From positions 84,065-148,064 of the forward strand of contig JBBROB010000013.1 of the NCBI GenBank assembly GCA_038229825.1: DNA of 64,000 nt, given 5' to 3'. Positions 30,478 to 39,883 of this stretch are shown here, in pieces. The notes beneath the pieces are model-generated. The model worked only from the letters and a program-made list of their open reading frames with translations. It searched no databases and was not told the DNA's origin. This stretch comes from Mycobacteriales bacterium. GTDB taxonomy: Bacteria; Actinomycetota; Actinomycetes; Mycobacteriales; Nakamurellaceae. The translations under genes and the position numbers were made by a program. The number at the start of each line of letters is the position of its first letter. Positions within the stretch are counted from its first letter, which is position 1.

Positions 30478-31596
30478 ATGACGACACGTACGACACCGCC
30501 TTTCCGGGCCGACCACGTCGGCAGTCTGCTTCGCCCACCCGCACTCCTGGCGGCCCGTGCGCAACACCAGACCGGCCATCTCGATGACGACGGGCTGCGC
30601 GCCGTCGAGGACGACGCGATCCGCGAGGTGGTCGCCATGCAGGAGAGTGTCGGTCTGCAGACGGCCACTGACGGTGAGTTCCGCCGCACGTCATGGCACA
30701 TGGACTTCATCTACGCGCTCGGCGGTGTGACCAAGACGGAAGAGAAGCTGCAGGTGCACATGCGCAATGCCGCCGGCGAGGTTGACTTCGAGTCGGCTGG
30801 CGTCCGGATCACCGAGCCGATCAGCCTGCCGGACACCATCTTCGGCGACGCATTCCGGTTCCTTCAACGGCAGGTGAGCACCGCAACGCCCAAGCTGACG
30901 ATTCCGTCGCCGAGCATGGTGCACTACCGCGGTGGGCGGGCGGCGATCGACGAGCACATCTACCCGGACCTGGACGATTTCTGGACGGATCTCACGGCTG
31001 CCTATGCCGAGCAGGTGCGCCGGATCGCTGCCATCGGCTGCCGCTACCTCCAGCTCGACGACACCAGCCTGGCCTACCTCAACGACCCGGCCCAGCGCGC
31101 CGCGCAGGCCGCCGCCGGCAGTGACGCCGAGCACCAGCACGAGATCTACATCCGCAACATCAACAAGGCCATCGCCGGCCGACCCGACTCATTGTCGGTG
31201 ACGACGCACATGTGCCGTGGCAACTACCGCTCGTCCTGGGCGGCAGAGGGCGGCTACGACTTCGTGGCCGAGGCGCTGTTCGGTCAGCTCGACGTCGACG
31301 GGTTCTTTCTGGAGTACGACGACCATCGGTCCGGTGACTTCGCGCCGCTGCGCTATGTGCCGCCCGGCAAACAGGTGGTGCTCGGGCTGGTCACCAGCAA
31401 GCTCGGCGAACTGGAGGACAAGGACACCCTCAAGCGGCGTATCGATGAGGCCGCCAAGTACGTCCCGCTGGAGCAGCTGTGCCTGTCGCCGCAGTGCGGG
31501 TTCTCGTCAACGGTCGAGGGCAATGCGCTGACCCAGCAGGAGCAGACGGCCAAACTGCGGCTGATCGTGGAGACGGCCGCCGAGGTGTGGGGCTGA
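30478..31596 (+). CDS. Cobalamin-independent methionine synthase-like (Meth_synt_2 domain) protein
   Basis: ATG 30478 gives 'MTTRTTPPFRADHVGSLLRP'. Zn-ligand contexts 'THMCRGN' and 'LSPQCGFSS'. 372 aa, so it has the MetE C-terminal domain only. Confidence 0.8.
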   Translation: MTTRTTPPFRADHVGSLLRPPALLAARAQHQTGHLDDDGLRAVEDDAIREVVAMQESVGLQTATDGEFRRTSWHMDFIYALGGVTKTEEKLQVHMRNAAGEVDFESAGVRITEPISLPDTIFGDAFRFLQRQVSTATPKLTIPSPSMVHYRGGRAAIDEHIYPDLDDFWTDLTAAYAEQVRRIAAIGCRYLQLDDTSLAYLNDPAQRAAQAAAGSDAEHQHEIYIRNINKAIAGRPDSLSVTTHMCRGNYRSSWAAEGGYDFVAEALFGQLDVDGFFLEYDDHRSGDFAPLRYVPPGKQVVLGLVTSKLGELEDKDTLKRRIDEAAKYVPLEQLCLSPQCGFSSTVEGNALTQQEQTAKLRLIVETAAEVWG

Positions 31597-31650
31597 GGCG
31601 ATCGCTCAGGTGATTGACCGCCCGGCCAGCGGTGCTCGCCCGCGAGGGTT

Positions 31651-32700
31651 TCAGTGGCCCATTTCGTCGGCGGTGGCCTGTATCCGGGCCAGCCGCTGCG
31701 GGCTGGGCCAGCGGACTTTGCTGGCCCAGCCAAGCTTCTCGAACATCCAGATCAGCCGCGCGGAGATGTCGATCTGGCCGCGTAGCACGCCGTGGCGGGC
31801 GCAGGTGGGGTCGGCATGGTGCAGGTTGTGCCAGGACTCGCCGGCCGACAGCAGCGCCAACGGCCAGAAGTTCGCGGATTTGTCACGGGTGGCAAAGGGT
31901 CGTTCGCCGATCATGTGGCAGATCGAGTTGACCGACCACGTCACGTGGTGCAGCAGGGCGACCCGGACCAGGCCGGCCCAGAAGAAGCCGCTGAGCACTC
32001 CGGCCCAACTGCCGCTGATCAGTCCGCCCAGGGCGGCTGGTGCCAGCAGCGACACGACGGTGCACAGCGCGAAGGACCGGTTGATACGCATGATGTCGCG
32101 GTCGGCGAGCAGATCCGGGGTGAAGCGCTCCTGGTTGGTCAGATCTCGATTGAAGATCCACCCCATGTGGGCGTGCCAGAAGCCTCTGGCCAGCGCGATC
32201 GCCGAGGTCCCGTAGAGCCACGGGGAGTGCGGATCACCCTCCCTGTCGGAGAACGCGTGATGTCGCCGGTGGTCGGCGACCCAGTCGACGATCGGGCCTT
32301 GCAGGGCCAGTTGCCCGGCGACGGCCAGGGCGATCTTCAGGCCGCGGTTGGCTCGGTAGGCGCCGTGGGTGAAGCAGCGATGAAACCCAGCGGTCACGCC
32401 CAGACACGACAGGGCGTAGAAAGCGGCAGCCAGGATCAGATCGGTCCAGGACAGTCCCCATCCCCAGGCAAAAGGGACGGCCACGGCCACCGCGACGAGC
32501 GGGACTGCCGAGAAGAAATAGATCAGGAACTGCGAGGTACCGTCCCGCCGGCCGGCGGTGAGTGGCCGTGGTCCGGTGGCTGCCGACACCACGTCGGCGG
32601 GGGCAAGGGTGTCCGGTGTGTTCGTCAACTGTTCCCGCCGTCGAAGGGTCCGCCCGGTATCGACAGCTGGTCCCGGTACGGTCTGGGTGCGCAATCGCAC
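31651..32700 (-). CDS. Membrane fatty-acid (acyl-CoA) desaturase, DesA3-like
   Basis: Three histidine boxes: 'HRCFTH', 'HRRHHAFSD' and 'HNLHHADP'. Has TM segments. The start is uncertain. Confidence 0.85.
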   Translation of the reverse strand: MRLRTQTVPGPAVDTGRTLRRREQLTNTPDTLAPADVVSAATGPRPLTAGRRDGTSQFLIYFFSAVPLVAVAVAVPFAWGWGLSWTDLILAAAFYALSCLGVTAGFHRCFTHGAYRANRGLKIALAVAGQLALQGPIVDWVADHRRHHAFSDREGDPHSPWLYGTSAIALARGFWHAHMGWIFNRDLTNQERFTPDLLADRDIMRINRSFALCTVVSLLAPAALGGLISGSWAGVLSGFFWAGLVRVALLHHVTWSVNSICHMIGERPFATRDKSANFWPLALLSAGESWHNLHHADPTCARHGVLRGQIDISARLIWMFEKLGWASKVRWPSPQRLARIQATADEMGH

Positions 32701-32727
32701 CCACTGAATGTTACAGGCCGGGGTCGA

Positions 32728-33864
32728 TCACTGAGCGGGGCCGGCAAGGCGTAGATAGTTGGCGATCCGTCGGGCCTCGATGCCGATCTCGCGCAGCATT
32801 CCGGCAGGGGACACGTACTGGCCACAGAAGAACAGGCCGGGTAGCGCGGTCGGTGCGCCGGAGACCTCCGGGATGCCGTCGGCGTCGCACACGGCGCGCC
32901 AGTCCGGAAGAAATTCCTGGAGTCCGGGTCGGTAGCCGGTACCGGTGACCACAGCGTCGACATCGAGTGCGGAACCGTCCTGGAAGATCACTCCGGACGA
33001 GCCGAACCGGGCAATGTCGCCGTGAATGCCGATGCGTCCGGCTTTGATGTGGGCGATGGTTCCGATGTCCAACAGCGGGATGTGCTGATCACGGATGATC
33101 TGCGTGATCGGCCCGTACGGCAGCTTGTGCAGGCCGATCTTCCGGATGTCTCCCACCGTGAATCTGATCATCGGCGAGGCCAGCGAGTCGGCGACCGCGG
33201 CCGGCAGGTGGCGCATCAGGATCGCCAGTTGCAGGACGGGGATGACCCCGAGGATGTCCCGTGGGATCACGTTGACCGGTGAACGGACCGACAGGTGCAC
33301 TGCGGCGCCATGTTCGACGAGGTCGACCGCCTGCTCACAGGCTGAGTTCCCGAAGCCGACGACGAGCACCGGACGTCCGCGCCACTTCTCCCCGTTCCGG
33401 TAGTCATCGGAGTGCAGGATCTGACCATTGAACTCCGCCAGCCCTGGCCAGCTCGGCCGCACCGGGCAACGGGTGCGGCCGGTGGCAACAACGACGTTGG
33501 CCGACCGCCACTCCCTGTCAGCGGTGGTCGCGATCCACTGACCGTCACGCCATTCCAGTCGTGAGACCTGTTGGCCGTAGTGCGGCGAGAGTCGATGGTG
33601 ATCGCGGAAGTGCTCGAGGTACTCCACCACCTGGTCTCGAGACGGGTAGCGCGGCCACCGGGCGGGCATGTGAAGGCCGGGCAGCGACGAACTCGATTTC
33701 GGGGTGTGCAGGTGCAGCCGGTCGTAGTGGTGGCGCCAGGTGTTACCCACGAGACTTGTGGCCTCGAGGATCTCGAACTGTTGCCCAGTGCTGCGCAGGC
33801 ATGCCGCAGTGGCCAGTCCGGCCGCGGAGGCACCCACGACCAGGGTCTGGGCGTCTACCGGCAT
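32728..33864 (-). CDS. FAD/NAD(P)-dependent oxidoreductase (flavin-containing monooxygenase-like)
   Basis: Two dinucleotide folds, 'VVGASAAGLATAACL' and 'VVGFGNSACEQA'. Lies 27 bp upstream of the desaturase on the same strand. Confidence 0.75.
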   Translation of the reverse strand: MPVDAQTLVVGASAAGLATAACLRSTGQQFEILEATSLVGNTWRHHYDRLHLHTPKSSSSLPGLHMPARWPRYPSRDQVVEYLEHFRDHHRLSPHYGQQVSRLEWRDGQWIATTADREWRSANVVVATGRTRCPVRPSWPGLAEFNGQILHSDDYRNGEKWRGRPVLVVGFGNSACEQAVDLVEHGAAVHLSVRSPVNVIPRDILGVIPVLQLAILMRHLPAAVADSLASPMIRFTVGDIRKIGLHKLPYGPITQIIRDQHIPLLDIGTIAHIKAGRIGIHGDIARFGSSGVIFQDGSALDVDAVVTGTGYRPGLQEFLPDWRAVCDADGIPEVSGAPTALPGLFFCGQYVSPAGMLREIGIEARRIANYLRLAGPAQ

Positions 33865-33947
33865 CAGGTCAATCTAGGTCAGCCGCGCGCCCGCGTCAGC
33901 ACACACCGGCTGCGGCGACTGCCGGTGCCGGTGGCATGCTCTGCCGC

Positions 33948-34538
33948 ATGACGGGTGCCGGGCCGAAGGCCGATCTCCGACGTTATCTGCAGGCCGGACG
34001 CGACGCGCTGCTCTGGAAGCTGGACGGACTGGGGGAGTACGACGTCCGCCGCCCTCTGACGGCCACTGGTACCAACCTGCTTGGACTGGTCAAGCATGTA
34101 GCCAGCGTGGAAGCGGGATACCTGGGTGCCACCTTCGGTCGCCCGTTCGGTGAACCGCTGCCCTGGCTCGACGATGATGCCGAAGCCAACGCGGACATGT
34201 GGGCCACCGCCGCCGAGTCGCGCGAGCAGATCGTGGCGCTCTACCAGAGGGTGTGGGCCAACTCCGACGCCACGGTCGAGTCCCTGTCGTTGGACGCGCT
34301 CGGTCGTGTCCCCTGGTGGCCCGACGACCGGAGCGAGGTGACGCTGCATCGGGTCCTCGTGCACATGATCGCCGAGACCGATCGCCACGCCGGGCACGCC
34401 GACATCGTTCGGGAGATCATCGACGGGTCGGCTGGGCTCCGTCAGGACAACGACAACATGGCAGCGGCGGATCAATCGTGGTGGCAGAGCTACCGGGGCC
34501 GGCTGGAAACCGTTGCGCAACAGTTCGTCGAGCGCTGA
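33948..34538 (+). CDS. DinB-family / DUF664 (mycothiol-transferase-like) protein
   Basis: 'LRRYLQAGRDALLWKLDGL', 'NLLGLVKHVASVEAGY' and 'HMIAETDRHAGHADIVRE'. An alternative ATG is at 33936. The upstream part of the 33561 ORF is antisense to the oxidoreductase. Confidence 0.75.
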   Translation: MTGAGPKADLRRYLQAGRDALLWKLDGLGEYDVRRPLTATGTNLLGLVKHVASVEAGYLGATFGRPFGEPLPWLDDDAEANADMWATAAESREQIVALYQRVWANSDATVESLSLDALGRVPWWPDDRSEVTLHRVLVHMIAETDRHAGHADIVREIIDGSAGLRQDNDNMAAADQSWWQSYRGRLETVAQQFVER

Positions 34539-34641
34539 ACGAAAGCGCAGCACGTTCGACCTCCCGCTGCGATCCTGAGCGGTTGTCTCGTTCTGAGACC
34601 ACGGACATCTCGGAGTGTGTCTAATCTCTAGCAATCCGCAG

Positions 34642-34659
34642 AGTTCGGTGCACCGAACT
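34642..34659. promoter_or_regulatory. Perfect 18-bp palindrome AGTTCGGTGCACCGAACT, a candidate metalloregulator operator of mntH
   Basis: The sequence equals its own reverse complement. It lies 50 bp upstream of the mntH ATG, and a DtxR/MntR-family regulator gene lies immediately downstream of mntH. Confidence 0.4.
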
Positions 34660-34708
34660 TGTGTTGTACTGACCTCACAGCGCGATCGAATCCAGAAGGA
34701 CGTCCGCA

Positions 34709-35998
34709 ATGGTGAACGACGAGAGCCGAATCGCGACGCTCTCGACGCCACCCCAGACACCGGTCGGCTCTGGCAGCCGTCGCCGAGCGGGCCGGCTGGC
34801 GGGCTTCAGTCTCCTCGGACCGGCCTTTGTGGCGGCAATCGCCTACGTCGACCCTGGCAATGTCGCATCCAACCTGCAGGCCGGTGCCCGGTACGGGTAT
34901 CTGCTGGTATGGGTACTGGTGGTGGCCACCGCCACCGCCGGGCTGGTGCAGTTCCTCTCCGCGAAACTCGGAGTGGTGACAGGCAAGTCGCTACCCGAAC
35001 TGGTCGGCGAACGCCTCCGTACCCCGGCGCGGATCACTTTCTGGCTGCAGGCCGAAGGGGTTGCGCTGGCGACTGACGTCGCCGAGGTGATCGGTGGCGC
35101 CATCGCGTTGAATCTTCTGTTCAACCTGCCGCTCCTACTGGGCGGGGTGATCGCCGGCGGCGTCTCGCTGCTGATCCTGATGGTGCAGGACAGATATGGG
35201 CAGCGTCCGTTCGAGCGGGTGATCACCGGGATGCTGTTGATCATCGCCATCGGGTTTATCGCAGGTCTGTTCGTCGACCCTCCATCGCCGTCCGGAATCG
35301 CCTCCGGCCTGGTGCCACACTTTGCGGGCACCGATTCGATTCTGCTGGCAACCGCCATGTTCGGCGCCACCGTGATGCCGCATGCCGTCTACCTGCACTC
35401 CGCACTTGCGAGGGACCGGCACGGCAAGGCGAAAAACACCGCGGACCGGAAGCGACTGCTGGGGGCGACGAAGATCGACGTCACCTTCGCGATGATCCTG
35501 GCGGGGGCGGTGAACATTGCGATGCTACTGCTGGCGGCGGCGTCTCTTCAGGGTCAAAAAGGCGTCGACACCATCGAGGGCGCCCATGCGGCCGTCGAAA
35601 GCCATCTGGGTTCGGCGATCGGCTTGTTCTTCGCCATCGGCCTGCTCGTCTCCGGACTGGCCTCTTCGTCGGTCGGTTCCTACGCCGGCAGTGTGATCAT
35701 GGGTGGTCTGATCCGCCGCCACATCAAGGTGATCACCCGCCGGGTCGTCACCCTGATTCCGGCGCTGATCGTGCTGGCCTCCGGTGCCGAGCCAACGGCC
35801 ACCCTGGTCATCTCCCAGGTGGTGTTGTCTTTCGGCCTGCCGTTCGCCGTCATTCCGCTGATCAAGCTGACATCCGACCGCCAGCTGATGGGCGAGCAGG
35901 TAAACGCCGTTGCCACCCGCTGGCTGGGTTGGCTGGCCGCCGGTGCTGTCACCGCGCTCAACGCCCTGTTGATCGTGGGCGTGGTTGTCGGTCTGTGA
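34709..35998 (+). CDS. mntH: Nramp-family divalent metal (Mn2+/Fe2+) transporter MntH
   Basis: 'GPAFVAAIAYVDPGNVASNLQAGARYGY' (DPGN motif) and 'ATVMPHAVYLHS'. About 11 TM segments. Confidence 0.9.
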   Translation: MVNDESRIATLSTPPQTPVGSGSRRRAGRLAGFSLLGPAFVAAIAYVDPGNVASNLQAGARYGYLLVWVLVVATATAGLVQFLSAKLGVVTGKSLPELVGERLRTPARITFWLQAEGVALATDVAEVIGGAIALNLLFNLPLLLGGVIAGGVSLLILMVQDRYGQRPFERVITGMLLIIAIGFIAGLFVDPPSPSGIASGLVPHFAGTDSILLATAMFGATVMPHAVYLHSALARDRHGKAKNTADRKRLLGATKIDVTFAMILAGAVNIAMLLLAAASLQGQKGVDTIEGAHAAVESHLGSAIGLFFAIGLLVSGLASSSVGSYAGSVIMGGLIRRHIKVITRRVVTLIPALIVLASGAEPTATLVISQVVLSFGLPFAVIPLIKLTSDRQLMGEQVNAVATRWLGWLAAGAVTALNALLIVGVVVGL

Positions 35999-36001
35999 AA
36001 C

Positions 36002-36709
36002 CTACTCGACGCCCGTCAGCCAGATGGACCCGGCGGCCTGGGCGCTGAGCCGGAGCTGTTCACCGGTGGCTGACAGGGTCACCGCGACTGCCCCGTCTTC
36101 CGGGTTGGTGTCACCAATTCGAAGTGGGGTATCCAGCTGGATGCCAACCGCCGTCAGTGCTGAGAGCAGTCCGGGATCGGCGTCGCTGATTCGGGACACC
36201 AGCCCATCGGACCCACTCGTCACGTCCTTGAGGACCAGTGCCGACGGGTGCTGAAGGATCCCGTTCGCGTCAGGTATCGGGTCGCCGTGAGGATCTCGGC
36301 GAGGATGACCCAGTGTGGAGTCGATGCGCTCCAGCATCAAAGGCGAAACCACGTGTTCGAGGACCTCGGCTTCGGCGTGCACTTCGTCCCAGGAGTAACC
36401 CAGCGCGTCGACCAGGTAGGTCTCCAGCAGGCGGTGACGGCGGACCATTTCCAAGGCCAGTCGCGCTCCCTGACTGGTGAGTGTGACGGCCCCGTAGGGT
36501 GCGTGCACGACGAGCCCGAGACGATCGAGCTTTTGAACCATCTCGGTCACCGACGACTTCGAGAGCCCCAGCCGGGCCGCCAGTATCGAAACGGTGATCG
36601 GGGACGATTGCCATTCGGTATGGGTGTAGATGACCTTGACGTAGTCCTCCACGCTGATCGACCGGGGTGCCCGCTCAGTCCTTGGCGGGGACTGCTTGTC
36701 CGGCGTCAT
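36002..36709 (-). CDS. DtxR/MntR-family metal-dependent transcriptional regulator with a C-terminal FeoA/SH3-like domain
   Basis: From ATG 36709: 'VEDYVKVIYTHTEW...VSILAARLGLSKSSVTEMVQKLDRLGLV', 'RHRLLETYLV', 'EAEVLEHV' and 'DPHGDPIP'. Confidence 0.85.
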   Translation of the reverse strand: MTPDKQSPPRTERAPRSISVEDYVKVIYTHTEWQSSPITVSILAARLGLSKSSVTEMVQKLDRLGLVVHAPYGAVTLTSQGARLALEMVRRHRLLETYLVDALGYSWDEVHAEAEVLEHVVSPLMLERIDSTLGHPRRDPHGDPIPDANGILQHPSALVLKDVTSGSDGLVSRISDADPGLLSALTAVGIQLDTPLRIGDTNPEDGAVAVTLSATGEQLRLSAQAAGSIWLTGVE

Positions 36710-37057
36710 CGAGTCGAACACTCCTTCATCGGGCCGCTGACGGGCCGCTCCCGGCGCTCCTGTCATGAGCGCAAGCCCGTGCCAGAGTACGGCCCCAGCT
36801 GCTGCGGTCACCGTTGCCCACCCACTCGGTGCCTCGACCGGGCCTCAGCGCAACCATGCTGCTGGACGCACCTGGCAGGTGCCGGCGGGCGCCACGGGGT
36901 AGTGCCAGTACCACCCCATGATCAGGGTGGTAACCGGCTGTCGGCGGGGATCGAACAATTCTTTACTGGAGGTGGATCAGACAGCGTGTGCTTGGCGCCC
37001 GACCGGGCTCGACAAGTGTCTGACCGGAGGCTGCCCCCACTCGTCAGGAGTTCGAAG

Positions 37058-39481
37058 ATGTCCGTCCAAGCAGCGACCCTGCCCGCACCTGCGCCCGGCA
37101 GGCTCCCGACGACAACGGAGACGCCAGTACACAAGACAGCGGAGCAGGAACTACCACTGCGGCCTATCGGCAGGGCCGCAACGGCGTTGCGCTTCGCCAG
37201 GCGCATCCCGGTGACCGTCGGCGTCCTGGCCGTGCTGGTGTTCTTCGGCATCCGGACCGGGACCCTCTGGCACGCCGTCGATCCCGAGTCCGACCTGCTC
37301 CGAGCATTGTCGTTCGGAACGCCCCGGCTGCGGGACGGGCAGCTCTGGACCTTCGCCACCGGCGCCTTCGTACTGCCGCGGCCGGAGTTCTATCCCTTGG
37401 TCGGGGCAATCCTCCTGGTCGGGTTGGGTGGGTACGAGCGGCGCCTCGGCTCGGCGCGCGCGGCCGCCGCCCTGTTCGGCACGCAGATCATCGGAGCCGC
37501 ATCCGCAGCCCTGATCTTGCTGCCCTTCCAACACAGTTCGTGGTCTTGGGCAGCCACTCTCACCGACCACGTTGATCTGGGCCTGTCCGCCGGAGCTCTG
37601 GGAGTCGGCGGTGCGGCGACTGCACTTTTCAGCGAAACGTGGCGCCGACGGGTGCGCTTCTGCGGGCAGACCTACCTGGTGGTGTTGCTGCTGCGGTCGG
37701 GGCTGCTGTGGGACGTGGAGCACCTGATGGCCTTTTCGACCGGAATGGTCTTCGGACCGGCGCTGGCCGGCCGGCCGCGACTGCACCTGCACCGGCCCCG
37801 CATCGACAGCATCCGGATCCGCTCCTGCGTAGCCATTCTCGTCGCATCAGTTGCCGTGGCCAACGTAGTGGATGCCGCATATCCAGGATTGGGCGGCATC
37901 TTCGGGAGTGGCCTCCCGTCCCACACACCGATGCACGCGGTCGGTCGCGCCGTCGCCGAGTTGGCGGTCGTCCTGCTGATCGCAGATGCGTTGCGCCGCG
38001 GACGTGCGGCTGCCTGGTGGGTCGCGATCACCGGCACCTTCGTCGTGTTGGTCAACTCATGGGCCAGCACTCGCGACGTCATCTGCGCCGCAACCGTTTT
38101 GCTCCTGCTGGCGACCTATCGCAACACCTGGCGCTGGCGCACGCCGGATGGCTTTGCCCGCCGTTCGCTGCGGCGGGTTGCCATCGCAATGGCCGCCTTC
38201 GGAACCGTCTGGGTGGTACTGATCTGGGCTTTGCGGGCCCATTTCACGCCCACCCCGGATCTGCTGGACATGTTGCGGGAAGCGATGGCTCGGATGACCT
38301 TCGACGTCGGCCCGTTGACACCCACCGGTGGATCGGTCCGATTCGCGCTGGCCATGGTCACGATGGCATGGGCCCTCACGATGATCGTGCTGCTCAGCAC
38401 GTGGATGTACGCCGACCGAGGCCCGGACGGCGGTTCGCGGGAGCGGCTCGGCCGCTTGTTGCGGCGCCACGGTGGGGGATCGCTCGGCTGGATGCGGACC
38501 TGGCCTGCCTTCAGCACCTGGACCACCAGGGACGCCCAGTCGGCCATCAGCTACTGCGTCGTCGGCCCTGTCGCCATTGCCATCGGGGATCCGGTCGGGC
38601 CGGACGATCAACGCGCAACCGCTATCGCGGAGTTCCGACAATTCTGCCGCTACGCCGGCTGGACGCCGTGCTGGTTCGCTGCCACAGCCGCCTTTCTCGC
38701 AGCGGCCGACGACTGGCAGGCCGTTCAGATCGGCGAGGACACGGTGATCGACCTGACCACGCTGCAATTCGTCGGAAAGCCATGGCAGGACGTGCGGACC
38801 GCACGGAACCGCGCTGCCCGCGAGGGCATCACGATGTTGACCGGCCGACTGGCCGACTTTCCGCAGGAATTGCGGGAGCAGATCGAACGAATATCGCAGG
38901 AATGGGTGTCCGGAAAGGCGTTGCCCGAGATGGGTTTCACGCTGGGCACAGTCACTCATGCATTGGACCCGGAAATGCTCACGCACGTCGCAGTTGACCG
39001 GGGAGGCGCCGTTCAGGGCATCACCACCTGGCTGCCGGTCCATCAGGACTGCGAGGTGGTCGGCTGGACCTTGGATCTCATGCGGCGACGGCCGAACGGC
39101 TTCCGCCCGGTGATGGAATATCTCATCGCCGAGAGCGCGATGCTGTTCAAGGAGAAGGGCTATCGAACGGTCAGCCTCTCGGTCGCCCCGTTGGCCCGTC
39201 GGTCCCAGATCACCGCCCGGCGAGGGGTGCTGGATCGAGGTCTGGACGTGATGTCCCGACTGCTCGAGCCCACCTATGGATTTCAGTCGCTGCTGGCCTT
39301 CAAGGCGAAATTCCAGCCGATATTCACCCCGGTCTACCTTGTCTACAGTCGTCCGGCCGACCTGTTGGCGATCTCGGTCGCCATCAGCCGGGCATATCTG
39401 CCTACGGTCGACACCCGGCAGGCGGCTGGATTGTTGTTGGCACTGCGGCGCAGTCACCCACGGGAAGGGGTAGCCCGATGA
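37058..39481 (+). CDS. Polytopic membrane protein with a C-terminal phosphatidylglycerol aminoacyl-transferase (MprF/LysX C-terminal, DUF2156) domain and a rhomboid-like N-terminal region
   Basis: ATG 37058 lies outside the antisense regulator gene. C-terminal motifs: 'ISYCVVGPVAIAIGDPVGP', 'KPWQDVRTARNRAAREGI', 'ALPEMGFTLG', 'DLMRRRPNGFRPVMEYLI' and 'GFQSLLAFKAKFQPIFTPVYLVY'. The N-terminal TM region contains 'GLSAG' and 'EHLMAFSTG'. Confidence 0.7.
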   Translation: MSVQAATLPAPAPGRLPTTTETPVHKTAEQELPLRPIGRAATALRFARRIPVTVGVLAVLVFFGIRTGTLWHAVDPESDLLRALSFGTPRLRDGQLWTFATGAFVLPRPEFYPLVGAILLVGLGGYERRLGSARAAAALFGTQIIGAASAALILLPFQHSSWSWAATLTDHVDLGLSAGALGVGGAATALFSETWRRRVRFCGQTYLVVLLLRSGLLWDVEHLMAFSTGMVFGPALAGRPRLHLHRPRIDSIRIRSCVAILVASVAVANVVDAAYPGLGGIFGSGLPSHTPMHAVGRAVAELAVVLLIADALRRGRAAAWWVAITGTFVVLVNSWASTRDVICAATVLLLLATYRNTWRWRTPDGFARRSLRRVAIAMAAFGTVWVVLIWALRAHFTPTPDLLDMLREAMARMTFDVGPLTPTGGSVRFALAMVTMAWALTMIVLLSTWMYADRGPDGGSRERLGRLLRRHGGGSLGWMRTWPAFSTWTTRDAQSAISYCVVGPVAIAIGDPVGPDDQRATAIAEFRQFCRYAGWTPCWFAATAAFLAAADDWQAVQIGEDTVIDLTTLQFVGKPWQDVRTARNRAAREGITMLTGRLADFPQELREQIERISQEWVSGKALPEMGFTLGTVTHALDPEMLTHVAVDRGGAVQGITTWLPVHQDCEVVGWTLDLMRRRPNGFRPVMEYLIAESAMLFKEKGYRTVSLSVAPLARRSQITARRGVLDRGLDVMSRLLEPTYGFQSLLAFKAKFQPIFTPVYLVYSRPADLLAISVAISRAYLPTVDTRQAAGLLLALRRSHPREGVAR

Positions 39482-39852
39482 GGCCGGTGCGGGTGTTGAT
39501 CGTTGACGACCAGGCTCCGTTCCGCGAGGCGGCAGCGGCCGTCATCAGCCTGACGGAGCCCTTCGTGGCCGTCGGGTCCGCCGAGTCCGGCGAGGACTGC
39601 CTGGCCGTCATCGACCGCCTCGCACCGGATCTGGTGCTGATGGACATCAGCCTGCCTGGCCTGGACGGGATCGAGACGACCAGACTGTTGTCCGCACGGC
39701 CCCGGCCGCCGGCCGTCGTGCTCGTGTCCACCTACCCGCAACACGAATACGCCGAGCGGGCCGGCACCAGCGGTGCGGTGGCCTATATCGAAAAGTCGGA
39801 ATTCGGGCCAGAGCGACTGCTGGCCGCCTGGGCGGCTCGCGATCAGCGCTGA
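39478..39852 (+). CDS. Stand-alone response-regulator receiver (REC-only) protein
   Basis: 124 aa, 'VRVLIVDDQAPFRE', 'DLVLMDISLPGLDGIETT' and 'VLVSTY'. No output domain. ATGA overlap with the preceding gene. Confidence 0.8.
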   Translation: MRPVRVLIVDDQAPFREAAAAVISLTEPFVAVGSAESGEDCLAVIDRLAPDLVLMDISLPGLDGIETTRLLSARPRPPAVVLVSTYPQHEYAERAGTSGAVAYIEKSEFGPERLLAAWAARDQR

Positions 39853-39883
39853 GGGCAGGTCGCGGTAGCACCGGAACACGGTG

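Noticed and set aside
36248-37057. N-terminal 270 codons of the 1077-aa ORF 36248-39481
   Set aside because: This part is antisense to the well-supported DtxR-family gene and has a non-protein-like composition. The in-frame ATG at 37058 begins the plausible membrane protein.
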